The notes under the pieces are model-generated. The model worked only from the letters and a program-made list of their open reading frames with translations, did not search any database and was not told the origin of the DNA. Both the position numbers and the translations under genes were made by a program. Below are positions 39,090 to 53,036 of a stretch of DNA of 64,000 nucleotides, piece by piece. The DNA comes from Hemiscyllium ocellatum (Eukaryota), in NCBI RefSeq assembly GCF_020745735.1, contig NC_083409.1, positions 18,124,341 to 18,188,340 on the forward strand, written 5' to 3'. Numbering within the stretch: the first letter of the stretch is position 1; every line of letters begins with the position of its first letter.

Positions 39090-42000
39090 ATTCTTTATCT
39101 CTTGAGGTTCCTCAACTCTACTCACCCAGATTCTACACCTTCTGACTCTATGTCACTTCTTGCTATTGATTTAATTTCATTTCTTACTAACAAGGCAACT
39201 CTTGCCCCTCTGCCCATCTGCCTGTCCTTTTGATAGGACATGTAACCTTGGATATTTAGTTCCCAGCCCGGATCCCCTTACAGCCATGTCCCTGTGATAC
39301 CCACAACATCGTACCTGCCAGTTTCAATCTGTACTACAAGCCCATTGTGTATACTGTGTGCATTTAAGTCCAACACCCTCAGTCCTGCACTGATTGCCTT
39401 CCTTCTCATCATTGTCCTCTTAACTCTTGTGTTCGATGTTCAACTCCTGATCCTTTCCATATTCTCGGTCCTATTACATCTTCTAGAAACCTGAATAACT
39501 TCTCATGAGCCCTCCTCCACTTTAACTAGTTTAAATCCCTTGGGAACTTAATTTACCTCAATTTGTGGCATCACTTTGTCTCCCTTATTCGGAATGGTTC
39601 ACACATTTAGATAAAAACTCTTTGAGTTTGTTCTATTATTGATTTTCCCTGCACTTTCAAGGTTCCTTTGATATTCAAAAATTCTGCCCCTTCCTTTTAT
39701 TTTCTGGTAACAATCAATCCCATCACTAACCACCAACCTACCTGCTCCTTTCCACTCCATTTCCTCATTTCCCATCCAACTGAGCCCAATTGTTGGGTCT
39801 TTGGGTTGAGTTCAGGACAATATTTATCTTTGAACCAGCATCATTAACAGTGCTCTTTGATCTCATTGCTTTTCATGGGATCTTGCTGAGTAGAAACCGG
39901 CTGCCACTTTCCCGACATTGTAACAGTGACTGGTTTTCAAACAAAACTGTCTATAAATGTCTTTGGGAGAGCCTGAGGTGTTAAGGGTTCAAGTGAACTT
40001 CAGTTGGAGTCAGAGATTTGTACAGCACGGAAACCAACCCTTCAATCCAACTCATCAATGCTGACCAGATATCTTAAATTAATCTAGTCCCCTTTGCCAG
40101 CATTTAGCCCATATCCCTCTGAACTCTTCCTATTCATATACCCATCCAGATGCCTTGTAAATGCTGTAATTCTACCAGCCTCCATCACTTCCTCTGGCAG
40201 CTCATTCCATACATGTACCACCCTCCTTATGAAAAGGTTGGCCCTTAAGTCCCTTTTAAATCTTTCCCCTGTCACCTTCAACCTATGCCTTCTAGTTTTC
40301 AACTGCCCCACTCTGGAGAAAAGATCTTCTCTATTCACCCTATCTATGCCCCTCAAGATTTTATGAACCATTATATTGTCACCCCTCAGCCTCCAAAGTT
40401 GCAGGGAAAATAGCCTCAGCCTATTCAGCCTCTCCAGATAGCTCAAACCCTCCGACCCTGGCAACATCATTGTAAATCTTTTCTGAAGCATTTTAAGATT
40501 TACAACATTATTCCTGTAGCAGGGAGACCAGAATTGCACACAGTATTCCCAAAGTGCCCGAACGAATGTCCTGTACAGCCGCAACAGCTCCCAACTCCAA
40601 TACTCAATGCACTGCCCAATAAAGGAAAGCATACTGAACAACATCTTCACCACACTATCGACCTGCAACTCCACTTTGAAGGAACTATACTTTTTTTTGG
40701 ATGAACTGGGAATCCTTCAGTTGTGAAAGATGCCATTCCATGTCACCATTGGAGGAAGAGCAGGCAGTTCCCCCAGTGCCCTGGTCAATACTTATATCCC
40801 AATCAAAATCAATAAAAATCTATTTCCTTGCTAATTATCATAATGTGTTTGGGATCTTACTGTGCACACTCTGCTGGAAAGAGCCATTGGGGCATCCTGA
40901 GTTGGGAACAGGTGCTACACAAATTCAAGTCTTTCTTTAAGGTTGGAGCTTCCTGATCCTGACCCTCACCCATTGTCCGTGTACTCTCACCTTCCAGGGG
41001 TCATTGAGTCATTAGGAGAAGTGACCTTGGCTGACCCTGGGGCAGTGAGGCTCTTTGTAGCCTCACCCCTGACCTCAGCCCATTGGTGTGCAGCAAGGTT
41101 TGAAATGTAATCTGGAACCTTCCACATGGACACCCAATGAAGTGTGTGGATCCAAGTCTGCTCCAATGTTCTCGGATAAAGTTCTCCTGATCTGTGGGTG
41201 ATAGCAGGTTTGTTAAAGATGTATTGAGCTCCATCCCACTTTCCAGCTTTTGCTCCATAGCTCTGGAGGCTTCGCTTTTTCAAGTGAATATCCAAGTGTT
41301 TTTTCAATGTGATGATGGTTTTGGCCTCTCCCACCCTTTCAGTCAGTGAGTCCCAGATCTCACCAGCCTCTGGGTGGAAACAGTTACTCCTCAACTCCCC
41401 TCAAACCCTCCCCCAATTCATTTCAGTCTCTCCCCATGGCTATTGCTTCTCTGCCGATGGAAATCAGTCCTTCCTACCCACTCTGTCCAGGGCCCACATC
41501 ATTTTACACACCTCGAATGCTCCACCATTCAATATGATCATGGCTGATCATCCAACACAATCCCCTGTTCCTGCTTTCTCCCCACATTCTTTGATCCCTT
41601 TAATCCTAAGAACAATATCTAATTCCTTCTTGAACACATATACCACATCTAATTCCCTCATGCAGGAAGAATGGATGAGAATTATTGGGTTGTTATTTTT
41701 TGACCAATATGGACACAATGGGCTGATGGGCCTTTTGGGTCTCTATGATTCTATGATTGTATATTATGAATAACTGGGTTACCAAGGACTGACCCCTGTA
41801 GTATGACACTTGGTAACTACCTGCCATTCAGAAAAAGACTTGTTGTTTCTGTCCTGTCTGCCAACCAGTTCCCAATCCATGTCAGTACATGACCCCCAAT
41901 CCTCTTGTTCATTGGGATTTCCCTGATTCCGTTGGACATATTTCATCCTGTCAGCTCTTTGCTTTCCTCAGGTCCTGTTCAATGTCACCCCTGCATTTTC

Positions 42001-43540
42001 TATCCTCCTCTCAGCTTTCTGCAGGTTTGATCTCCAGATAACCAACATCACCATCCCTGTTTGGTCTTCCCTACTCTGCTGCCTTTTGACATCCCAGGCT
42101 GAGAGTCTATATTTGGGAGTCCCACCCTTACTCATTGTGGGAACAGATTCTGAACAATCTCTTTCTCATCCTTCGAGGCCTCCCACTGCCCTGACACTGA
42201 TATTCCATCCACAGTTTCAGTCCACTTTTGCTAAATCACTGCACAGTTTAGTAAAATAGTTCATTCCCAAATGAAAACTTTTACACTTGCTCCATGGTTC
42301 TCCATATCTATCCGTACTCTCAATCTCACTGAGTTCTGATCACTGTCACTGAAATGCTCCCACATTGATAGCTCTTCCAGTTGCCCATATTCATTCCCGA
42401 AACAATGGTCTAAAACTGTCCCTTCTCTTTCACCATCACCCTCTCAGGGGCAATTAGGGATGGGCAATAAATGCTGGTCCTGGCAGTGACTCTCATATCC
42501 CAAGAAGCAATTTAAACAATACCTGTTCTTTTGTCGGGTTTATTCTGTGTTGACGGCAAATATTCAATGAGATTGTATTGCCAGTGAATATTGTGAGGGT
42601 TGAATTCCCTTCAAAAGGCAGGGATTAAAATTGTTTCTCTTGTCTTTCAGGCCATGACAACTCTCAGCCCAAGCTGACCCTGCTGCCCCCTTCCCGGAGC
42701 AGGTCAATGCCAAGGGCACTGCCACCCTGGTGTGCCTTGCCAATCACTTCTATCCCAATGGGCTGGAGGTGCTGTGGAAGAAGGACGGTGCAGTCATTTT
42801 GGATGGGATTCAGACCTGCAACTGCCTGCGAGCTTCGGACAGCACCTACAGTGACAGCAGCCTACTGACCCTCTCTGGGTCTGACTGGAAGTCCAACGTT
42901 CACTTCTCCTGTGCCCTCACCCATGTGACTCTCCCCTCTCCCCTTAGCAAGAGCATCAGGAGATCATAATGTGTGTAGAGTGTTGTAGACATCCATGGAG
43001 GAGACACAACTTTAAATAGAACAGGGCTGAACTGACAGGACAAAGGTCATCGTTAGCACTGAATTTCACCTCTCTTCCTTCTCGGGATTGCTCAGAGATA
43101 CGTCTGAGGTTTGGATGTTGAAGTCGGTCACTGCGACAGTGTCGAGAGACTTTACACTATGTCAAAGCTCATGCTGTCGTTGTCCAGGGAGTGTTTGATG
43201 GGGAAGTGTTGACTGTATGCTAAGTAAAATCTCTTGAAGTTGCTGACGACTGTCAGCTGTACAAAACAATGTGAACCTCAGAAGTCTCTGCTTCAGTAAA
43301 CCAGATCTCCTTTCTGCTTAGCTGTCAGTTCTAATTTAAGGTTCTGTCACTGTTTAAAGGGACAGGATTCTCATGTTATTGAGAAAATCTCCACAAGTGT
43401 TTTCCTCAAACTCCATTGTGGCTGTGAATTTGAGCAGCCTCCTCTGTCTGGGCTGTAAGCTGCAGTTTTTTTCTGTCAATGTGAATCTGAAAAAGGGAAT
43501 AAAGATGAAGATTCAGTCTCTGTCTCTGTGTGTTTTGGAA
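39090..43540 (+). repeat. Direct segmental duplication of ~17450-21075 (distal J-C intron, C exon, 3' UTR) with an extra CR1 insert at ~40010-40690
   Basis: Collinear matches 17900-18330/39540-39980, 18400-19130/40760-41500, 19640-21075/42100-43535. Confidence 0.9.
42651..42978 (+). pseudogene. IGKC: Ig kappa-type constant region pseudo-exon (orphan)
   Basis: Intact acceptor at 42649-42650; 1-nt deletion at ~42694 (328 vs 329 nt); GAA>TAA at 42967-42969; 24 differences from the first C exon by hand count. Confidence 0.93.
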
Positions 43541-43639
43541 ATAGATGACCTTCCCTGCCCCCCCAGTTGATTGGCTGCATTTAGCAGGTCATTGTCACAA
43601 TTGGTTGCTTAGCCTGTCAATCAATTACAATCATCAGTC

Positions 43640-44250
43640 ATTAATCATTTTCAAATGATCCCTTTGGTCAGGAATTTATGCAGCTTACAAGATTCCAAAA
43701 AGAACAGAAACTGAAAGTTGTCAGGACTCAGTAAGTACAATCTGACACATTCCCTCCAGGCCCAGCTGATGGGATTGCACTGTGCAATCTCTGCGGCATG
43801 TTGGGGAGCCCCTGAAACAATCTTCAGCCATTCACAGACTTTGTCGGCTGTGTCTCTCTCAGTGTGAAAGGATGCTCTCTGGGCGGTCTGAAACCTGTTG
43901 ATCTTCCAGCTGAAGGAGTTGCCCCTGACTGAGTGTTGCAGACTGGCACATTCCAAGGTCCAGGACTACGTGTTGAGGGACGCGCTGAAGCTAGGGGCAG
44001 CTGCCGCCAAGGCGCGGGTGGGGAAAGACCACCGTGTAACATCTGCCTGCCTAAAGAAGATCAGGGAGCCCATGCAGTCATTTGGGCTCTGCTGACGCCT
44101 CAGCTCAATATATGGGCATATGATTGAAAAATGTACCGACCTGTATATAACAATGATAAATTCCGATCTCCGTATGCAAATATTTACATATGTATGGCAT
44201 AACCAATGGTACAGATCATCAAATTATTTTATGAATAAAGTAGATTTTTG
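43640..44250 (+). mobile_element. Tx1-like (L1 clade) LINE 3' end
   Basis: LIFQLKELPLTECCRLAHSKVQDYVLRDALKLGAAAAKA C-terminal motif, then 3' UTR with AATAAA sites. Confidence 0.75.
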
Positions 44251-44272
44251 AAATAAAGACATGTTTAATTTA

Positions 44273-44597
44273 TGCTGCCTGTCGGTGTCTCTCTCTCGGT
44301 GTGAGTGTGTTACTCTGTGCTGCCTGTAGGTGTCTCTCTCAGTGCGAGTGTGTTACTCTGTGCTGCCTGTAGGTGTCTTTCTCAGTGCGAGTGTGTTACT
44401 CTGTGCTGCCTGTAGGTGTCTCTCTCAGTGTGAGTGTGTTACTCTGTGCTGCCTGTAGGTGTCTTTCTCAGTGCGAGTGTGTTACTCTGTGCTGCCTGTA
44501 GGTGTCTCTCTCAGTGCGAGTGTGTTACTCTGTGCTGCCTGTAGGTGTCTCTCTCAGTGTGAGTGTGTTACTCTGTGCTGCCTGTAGGTGTCTCTCT
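44273..44597 (+). repeat. 43-bp minisatellite, ~7.5 copies
   Basis: Unit TGCTGCCTGTAGGTGTCTCTCTCAGTGYGAGTGTGTTACTCTG starting at 44318, 44361, 44404, 44447, 44490, 44533, 44576 (first unit 45 bp). Confidence 0.97.
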
Positions 44598-45539
44598 GAG
44601 GTCTGTGTCTCCGAGCGATGGATTGAGAATGGGCTTTGTGCTGGGGATTGAAGATCAGGCTTTAATCTTCTCAAATCATGAATGAAAAACAGCTCAGCTG
44701 ATTCAGTCTGAGATAGCAGTTCATTCAGATGGCCAAAGTTAAAAATCACACAATACCAGGTGTGAGTCAAACAGGTTTAGTTGGAAGTAGAAGTGCTCGG
44801 TGCGCTGTTCCTTCATCAGGTAGCTGGAGGGGCAGGATCACAGGACACAGAGTTTATAGTGTTTCATATGGCAGCTGAGAGTGTATTCTCGGTAAGGGAG
44901 GGATTTCAGAGGCAGTGGGCACTGTGCTCCCTAATGTGTTGCCCAATTACAAGGGGATTTTCTGGATACAGGTTCAGAGCAGTAGTGGCTGCCTGCCCAG
45001 CCAATGCTGGCTCACCATAGTTGTATTTCAGCTGTCAATTAGCCCGAAATTAGGAGCAGCAATATTACCTCCCAGGGAGGGGAGCTGTCTGAGGGAGGGA
45101 GGTTGAATTCTTACAGCCCCAAGAGAGGTTGCAGTGGATTACTGACAGGTATGACCACCATGAAGGTGTCAAGTTCTCTCCTCCTGTCCCAGCTGTGATG
45201 CCCCTCATGTTAAAAACGTGACTGTGCTCCTTTAGGATGATGACCATGTTCCTGGGTGAGGTCGGGAGGGAAGGTCAGCCTCTCCCAAAGGCAGCACAAG
45301 CTGGATCGAAGGGACATCAAGAGTAAGCATGGGGAGATTGAGGGTGACAGAAGGAGGGGGCTGGTTCGCAGGTTGTTATTCAGAGTCAGGTCCCAGAGTA
45401 TCAGTACTTCTGACAGTCCCCTTTTATTTTTTTTTAGAACCTCTGACACTCCTGTTTATTTTTTTTCTATTACCCTCACACTACTGCCTAACTGCGGTAG
45501 TGCTTATTTTTTTCCCCAGCACCCATGTTGTGTATGTGC

Positions 45540-46580
45540 AGGTGTGAGACACAGTGAGACACACCAAAATGTACGAATCTTTATTCAGTTTCCACCACCA
45601 GGAAGAAAGAAAACACCTGGGTGGCCTGTGACAAGCAGTGCCCTTCACATCAAAGGGCAATGCTGTGTGATCAAATAGTGCAGCGGAGGGCAGGGATTAA
45701 ATCAAAATAGAGTTGGAGGGGGAGATAATGCACTCCACTCCCTGCGGTGCCCCTCTCTCCCTGAACAACTCCAGGGTGTTGGTGGAGACCGCATGCTCCT
45801 TCTCCAAGGAAATCCGGGCTCTAACATAACTACGGAAGAGGGGCAGGCAGTCGGCACAAACGACCACCTCCACAGCCCGCTGCCTGGACCTGTTTATGGC
45901 CAGTTTGGCCAGGCCCAGGAGCAGACCCACAAGGAAGTCTTCAGACCTGCCCTACCTCCTCCGTACCCGAAGATCAGGAGCGTGGGACTGAAATGCAACC
46001 AAAAGCAGAGGAGGAGGTTTTTAAGAAAATCAAAAGGGGAGTGCAAATGCCCACACCCAATATATACATGGTCCACGGACTCCACAGCTCCACAGAACAA
46101 GCAGTTGTGCTCGGAGTCCGTGAACCACCCCAATCTGCGGTTGCAGGGGACCGCTGCATGCAGCACCCTCCACCCCAGATCCCCGAGAGAAAGGAGGAGG
46201 ACACCCACGTAGAGAGCCCTCCACTGGGGATCCCCACCACCCGGTGGCAAATGGATGTGTCCGGACGGTGGATGAGGGAGAAGAGGTGGACGATGTGCAG
46301 CAGCAGTCGATACAGGGCCCGCCTTTTTACATCCTTAAAAGGGACTAAATTAAAATTCAGGAGGTGGCTCAGGTTGTGGGGCACAGGCTCCCGCGGGAAG
46401 TATGGGACCTTGGGGCCAGTGTGAAATTCTGTCTGGGCTGGGGTGAGCGTGGACGGGATCCCACCGCACACCTGAGCATCATCCAACTGGTGCACTACGT
46501 CGGGTCCGAGCACCGCCGTTTGACAGTCCCCTTTTCATCTGTCAGCCAGGACTCCCTGATTGGACAAGGTTAACTGTCCC
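45540..46580 (-). mobile_element. Tx1-like (L1 clade) LINE 3' end with zf-RVT zinc finger
   Basis: LGDLGWRVLHAAVPCN...CLFCGAVESVDHVYIGC (45894..46250) and LLLGLAKLAINRSR (45697..45930). Confidence 0.85.
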
Positions 46581-46757
46581 TGTCAGGGAACTCATATTAT
46601 ATATAAAAGAATAAAACATTTATTGAACAAGGAGCTCAAGAGCTAAATGGCACTAGACAAAATGAATGGTTTGAAAGGTTTCATTATGAACACCGCAAAT
46701 GAGATTTGGTGAAGAACGTTTTCACTCAGTGGGTGGTGGGAATCTGGAATGGCCTGT

Positions 46758-47058
46758 CATAGAATCCCTACTGTGAGGAAACAGGTTATTTGGCCCAACG
46801 AGTCCACACTGACCCTTGGAAGAGTAACCCACCCAAGACCCAATCCCCATCCCATTACTCTACTTTTCCCCTGACTAATGAACCTAACCTACCCATCCCT
46901 GCCCACTATGGGCAATTTAGCACAGCCAATTCACCTAACCTGCACGTCTTTAGATTGTGGGAGGAAACCAGAGCACCCAGAGGAAACCTACGCAGGCATG
47001 GGGAGAATGTGCAAACTCCACACAGACAGTTGCCTGCGGCTGGAATTGAACCCGGGTC
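46758..47058 (-). mobile_element. HE1-type SINE, 5'-truncated
   Basis: Reverse complement of the SINE body (TVCVEFAHSP...GFL pseudo-translation) and tail. Confidence 0.85.
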
Positions 47059-47489
47059 AAAACATTCGGACCGGCCTTGGCTTTGCTCCAGCTTTTGCAT
47101 CCACCTCTGGCCCTTCCCACTCTGCAACCAAGACTCTGACTACATTTACCAGAGTCACCCTGAGTCCAGCTGCCTACCTGCAGCCAGCCAGCACACTCGC
47201 TCTCCCCCTCCTCATCCATACACCCCCACAGTGCACCCTATCCCTCCACTTCTCCCTCTTCACCTCATCCCCACCTTCCCACTCCCCCACCTCACTCCAC
47301 AACCCACCTCCACCACAATCACCTTTCTCTCCCACACCCATTTCCCCGTGCTACATCACAACCAACCCTCACCCACCACACCATTACCCTTCCCCCTCCC
47401 CTCCTTCAGCCAACTTGGGCCCCCCGAAAACCTCACTCCCGAGCCTTGCCCCATATTTACTATTCCCCCCTCCCCGACCTCGAACTCTC

Positions 47490-50225
47490 TGAGGCAACAA
47501 AGGTCTATCCTCAGAAAAGGGCTCACAGACATTCCTGCTTGACCCCACCTCAACGAAACCTGCACCCGCCACAACGCGGAGCTCTTCTTCCGCCACCTCT
47601 ACCTCCGTGTCTTCTTCTTTAACAAAAACTCCCAAACTCCCTGTGAGGACCCCTCCTCCCACCTCCAACCTTCCTGCTCCACTTGGTCACCGCCCCCATC
47701 CCCCACCACCAACTGTGTACACATCCTAGACCTCTTCAGTGCTCACCACTGACGTGATATCAGCCGCCTCAATTTCTCCACATCCCCCCCACCTCCGTCA
47801 CTCTCTCCAACCACCCCCCTCTGATTGAGGACTCCATTCTCTCCGCGCCAACACCTGGTTCACTATCAAACCCACTGACAAAGGTGGGGTGGTGGTAATC
47901 TGGAGAACAGACCTAAATGTCACGGTGGCACAGTGGTTAGCGCTGCTGCCTCACAGCGCCAGGGACCTGGGTTCAATTCCTGCCTCAGGCGAGTGACTGT
48001 GTGGAGTTTGCACGTTCTCCCCCTGTCTGCGTGGGTTTCCTCCGGGTGCTCCGGTTTCCTCCCGCAGTCACAAAGATGTGTGGGTCAGGTGAATTGGCCA
48101 TGCTAAATTGTCCGTAGTGTTAAGTAAGGGGTAAATGTAGGGGTATGGGTGGGCGGCGCTTCGGCGGGTCGGTGTGGACTTGTTGGGCCGAAGGGCCTGT
48201 TTCCACACTGTAAGTAATCTAATCTAATGATGTCAGTCACATAGGCCGAACGCCAATTCTCCGACACCATGCCCTACTGCCCCCTTGCCCATGACCCCAC
48301 GGTGACCCATCAGGTCAAAATCACATGCACTATCAGTGCCCTCATTGCCTCCAGTGACCTCCCCTCCATTGCCTCCAAACTCATATACCCCCAGCCCCAC
48401 AATGCCCAGTTCTATCTGCTCCTCAAGATCCACAAGTCCAACTATCCCGGGTGACCCATTGTCTCAGCATGCTCCTGCTCCACCAAACTCCTCTCATCCT
48501 ACCTCAACTCTCCTCCTTGATTCAGGCACTTCCCATCTACATCCGCTACACCAACCACACCCTCCATCTCTTCAGTAATGTCCAGATCCCCAGCCCTGAG
48601 CGCTTTATCTCCACTATGGATGTGCAGAACTTATATATATCCATACCCGATAAGGATGGCCTCCAGACCCTCCACCTTTTCCTCTGCAACAGACCCATCC
48701 ATTCCCCCTCCACCAATACCCTCCTCCGCCTTGCTGAACTAGTCCTCACCCTCAACAACATTTACTTTAACTCCTCCCATTTCCTCTTAATCCAGGGGTT
48801 GGCCATGGGCACCTAGATGGAACCCAGCTACGCTTGCTTCTGTATCGTCTATGTTGTATAGTCCCTCTCCAGTATCTACACAGGCACTGTGCCCAAACTC
48901 TTCTGACATTACATCAATGACTGCATCAGTGCAGTGACCTTCACCCAGGCTGAACTGGAGCAGTTCATCGGCTTTGCCCACAACTTCCATCCCGTCCTCA
49001 AATTCCCTTGGTCCATCTCGGACAGCTCCCTCCCCTTTTTTGACCTCTCCATTTCCAATTCTGGTGATAATCTACAGACAGACATTTACGACAAACCCAC
49101 ATATTCCCATAACTAACTGGACTACACCTCCTTCCACCCAGTATCCTGTAAGAACTCCATCTCATTCTTCCAATTCCTCTGCCTCCGCCCCATCAGCTCG
49201 GATGAGGAGACATTCCACTGATCACAGATGTCCAACTGTTACGGACAATGTGCTTTTCCTCCTTCTGCCATCCACTGCACCACATCTATTTCCTGTTCCA
49301 CTGCTCTAAACCCACCCCCCTCTAAATACAATAAAGGGAGAGTCCCTATTGTCGTCACCTATCACCCCACCAATCTCTGAATCCAACGCATCATTCTTAA
49401 ACACTTCCATCAACTCTAACTAGACAACACCACCAAATACATCTTCCTCTCCCCACCCCTGGCTGCCTTCCACAAGGACCATTCCCTTCGATAATTCTTG
49501 ATCTGTGCCACTAACACTGCAACCATCCTGAACCCCTTGGTACCTTCTCCTGCAACCTGAAAACATGCAAAACCTGCTGGTACACCAATCCCACACCTCC
49601 ATCCAGGGCCCCAAACAGTCCTTCCAGGTGAGACAGAGGTTCACCTGCTTCACCTCCAACCTAGATTACTGCATCAGGTGTTCCCCATGTGGTCTTCTCT
49701 ACATCGGGAAGAGCAAACGTAAACTGAGGAACATTTCACTGAACATCTCAGCCGAACCCACAGGGGCCGAGCAGTCCTACCAGTCAGCACCCATTTTAAT
49801 TCCCCTTCCCACTCCATTTTTGACATGACCATCATTGGCCTCCTCCATTGCCACAATGAACCAAACCACATATTGGAGGAACAACATCTCATCTTCCTTC
49901 TGGCAGCATACAGCCCAGATGACTCAACATTGAGTTCTCCAATTTCAAATAACCTCCCTTCACATCCCCGACCCCCTTCCCAGCACCTCTCCCTCCCCGC
50001 CACTACTCCCTTACACCTACCAGATTCATTCCTCCCACTGACCAATCAGGTCACACCCTCCACCTGTCATCACCTATCTGCACTTTATCATCCTGTCACG
50101 GCACCTCTTTATCTGCAGCTCCCCCTACACCCACTCCCATTCCTGAAGATGGGTTACACCCAAAACATCAGCTTCTCCACCGCCTGATGCTGCCTGACTT
50201 GCTGTGTTCTTCCAGCCTCCTACTT
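47490..50225 (+). mobile_element. Degenerate Penelope-like element (RT + GIY-YIG)
   Basis: FYLLLKIHK, TMDVQNLYISIP, QGLAMGT, LPFFDLSI, DIYDKPT; VRQRFTCFTSNLDYCIRCSPCGLLYIG; CpG-decayed hammerhead at ~50139-50172. Confidence 0.9.
47921..48227 (+). mobile_element. HE1-type tRNA-derived SINE nested in the Penelope element
   Basis: A box TGGCACAGTGG, B box GGTTCAATTCC, (TAATC)n tail. Confidence 0.92.
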
Positions 50226-53036
50226 GTCATTGAATGGAACCAGTAGGAAAGGGTGAGACAATCAAGGGTCAGGCTCACAAACAAATGGGAATGGGACGTG
50301 CTACAGACAGATGCATTGAGACAGACAGTCAATCATAAAGAGAAGACCAAACTGGAAATGAAACACTAATCCACAGTGGATGGAATTTAATATCAGAAAG
50401 TGTGAGACCATGAACTTGGGTCAGAATAATCTAAAGGCCGACTATTATTTAAATAGTGAGAGATTCCAACAAAGTGCACTACAGTGTGATCTGGGTAGTA
50501 TTGTGCATGAAACACAGACAGTTAGTGCAGGTGCAGCGAGTAATTGAGAAGGAGAATGGAATTTTCACCTTTATTGCTGGGGGTTGGAATTTAAAAGTAG
50601 AGAAGTCTTGTTAAAACTGTACGGGGTGTTAGTGAGGCTGCATCTGGGGTATTGTGTGCAATTTTGGTCTCGGTATTTAAGAAAGTATGGACAGCCGTTG
50701 GAGTCTTCCTCCAACTCCTATTTCCCATGTCCTTGTGTGCTCCAATGTCCTTCCCTCACAGCAGAGCTGGTTTGTAGCCTGCCTGCAGTAGCAGCCTCCA
50801 GTCTCTGGGTGGTGCTACCAAATGATCTGCATTGCCCAGGCTGTCACAGTTCCCACATTACAATAATGTCTGGTTTTTGGAAGCATTCCATTGGCTGTAA
50901 AATATTTTCGAACATCCTAAGTTCAAGGAAGGTATAACAAAAATATAATTCTCTCTCCTTTTATATTTTATCTCGATGCCTTCCCACCTGTCTCCTAACA
51001 ACATCACAGACTTGTGTAAAATTTAGAATGAATCATGAATCTCTGGGAGAATTTACTCTGTGACAACACGGGGATTAATGACCACCTCCTCAGTGGGCTT
51101 TGAGGGTGAAGGTCAATAGCACGCTCATTGGGACTTGATCTGAGTTATCTCCAGTTAGTCAGTGTTATTGTTCTGGGACCAGACAGTACTGACCAATCCT
51201 GTGTTCTGATTGAGATGAAGGGTGAGCTGTGCTGGGCTTTCACACGTGGCTTACACACACATAGTGAAGCATGGATTATCCATTTCATGAGAGTAAATGG
51301 AACTAATAAAATGGGTGGATGTGACACCCCCAAACTCTCCCTAAGATAGTGGGGACAGGAACAGTTATATTCTCAGACAGAAAGAATGATAGAAATGGTA
51401 CCCTACAGACAGAGGCGGGACAGGAAAAGCAACGCTCCCGAAAGACAGGGGACAGAAACTGTCTGTTCCCTACTTTCTTGTTGTGACACATGACCTTGGG
51501 AAATTAGTTTGATTTCTATTTTCTCAGTTGGATTTGGGTTTGATGAGGTGATTCGGGAACAAGTATTCCAATTCCTTATTTCCTGTCACAGCAGATCCAC
51601 TGAAGGTCATCCTTTCATTTGGAGCTTGCCCAGGTTTCTGTCCAGGCTGATACAGCATGGTCTACCAGTGCTGCTCCTATTGGGCTAAACCATCACACAC
51701 GAGGGAACCTGACAAACCCTTTCTGTTTGTGCTGGCAAATGGAGAGATTTGCTTTTACTACAATAGCGGCCAAAGCAATCAGTCAGTGGATGTGTTTCTA
51801 GCTGAGCACAATGTTCTGATGTTCATGATGGGATTAACCTCGACAGTTCCCACTTGCCTTTACACCGACAGTGGAACAGGAAGTCACCACGCAGTGGTCT
51901 CCTGGCTCACACTGAGAAACCAAGTTGATGGTATAACTGTAGAGAGCAAGACAATGGCTTGGACTCACCGAACAACCAGAGGCTTCAGCCAACAACTGGG
52001 TCACAGGCAAATGGTGTGTTGTGTAAACTCTCAGTATCTCAGGGAACAAACACAACTACTGAGCTACAAAACTGAACAGGATATTTTTATGAAAATCGGC
52101 ATTCCAAAAATGAAATCCAGGCACAATATATATAAAACCTGGGTACAATCTAATTTCAGAGACTGCAGCATTTTCTTTGAAAGCTGGACAATAACGAGAT
52201 TGAAATTCAGCCACCCACTCCGTCACACGGTGTTGAAGTTGCACTGTCCTCAGCATAACACGGTTCAAAGCCTTTTAATAACACGAAAGGGGAGAGGAAC
52301 ATTGCAAACTGTATTACCACGAGTGAGGATCCATTAAAAACTAAGACCATGATGTTAAATGCTCCCAGCCATAAACAACACTGATGCATTCACATCATTA
52401 GTTTGTTAAGTGATGTTAAAAAGTCTGCCAACCACTTTCATGAAGAAGGAATATTTAAATCTCAAGAGGCATTGATGACTTTTTTTCAGGACTATAGCAA
52501 GGAAGCAGCAGCTGGCATATAAACTCTAACACACTAATGATAACAGGCATTTAGTACAGAGCTGGCTCTGAGAGAAAACAATCAACAGCAGAGATCTGTC
52601 CAGTGCTGGGAACACTTTAGACAAGACACCTTGTTGCCAGCAAGTTACTGCAGCTTGAAAACTCCAGTACATTCAGAAAGGGAAAAAGGACGATGTGCAG
52701 ATTGTTGAACAGGTCCCGACACTTGGGCCTGAGGCAGGAGCCCAAGCTCCAACACACTGGCCTCACTTCACACCAACCTTCACACAGTGCGGGATCATGA
52801 ACTCCGGCCATCAATCCCTCTGGGACCGGGACGGAGTGAGGGAACAGGGACAATTGTAGAAGAGTCAATAAGGAGTAAAGCAAGATGGAGAGGGTGTGTT
52901 GGAAAGGGGTGAGAGGAGGAAATATACTTTGTGCCCCTCGATACTGATATTGTCCATTTGTTCAAAGTTTGTGCGAAGATTTGTAGCTCGGGTGCTTGTT
53001 GTAGTGGTTCTGTTCGCCGAGCTGGAAGTTTTTGTT

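Noticed and set aside
21100-42650. A second V or J serving the downstream C exon
   Set aside because: No V-like ORF, FGXG J motif or heptamer-nonamer pair was found by eye on either strand.
44273-44597. CRISPR-like array or array of cryptic RSSs (CACAGAG on the minus strand in each unit)
   Set aside because: Units are contiguous with no unique spacers, the DNA is eukaryotic, and no nonamer follows at 12 or 23 nt.
47921-48000. tRNA genes at SINE heads (also 53464)
   Set aside because: The A/B boxes run into SINE body and tail; no cloverleaf with an acceptor stem was evident.
51657-52337. 226-aa ORF with a serpin-like DKPFLFV word
   Set aside because: No other recognisable family features; its 3' part lies in a duplicated segment where I saw no equivalent ORF in the paralogs.
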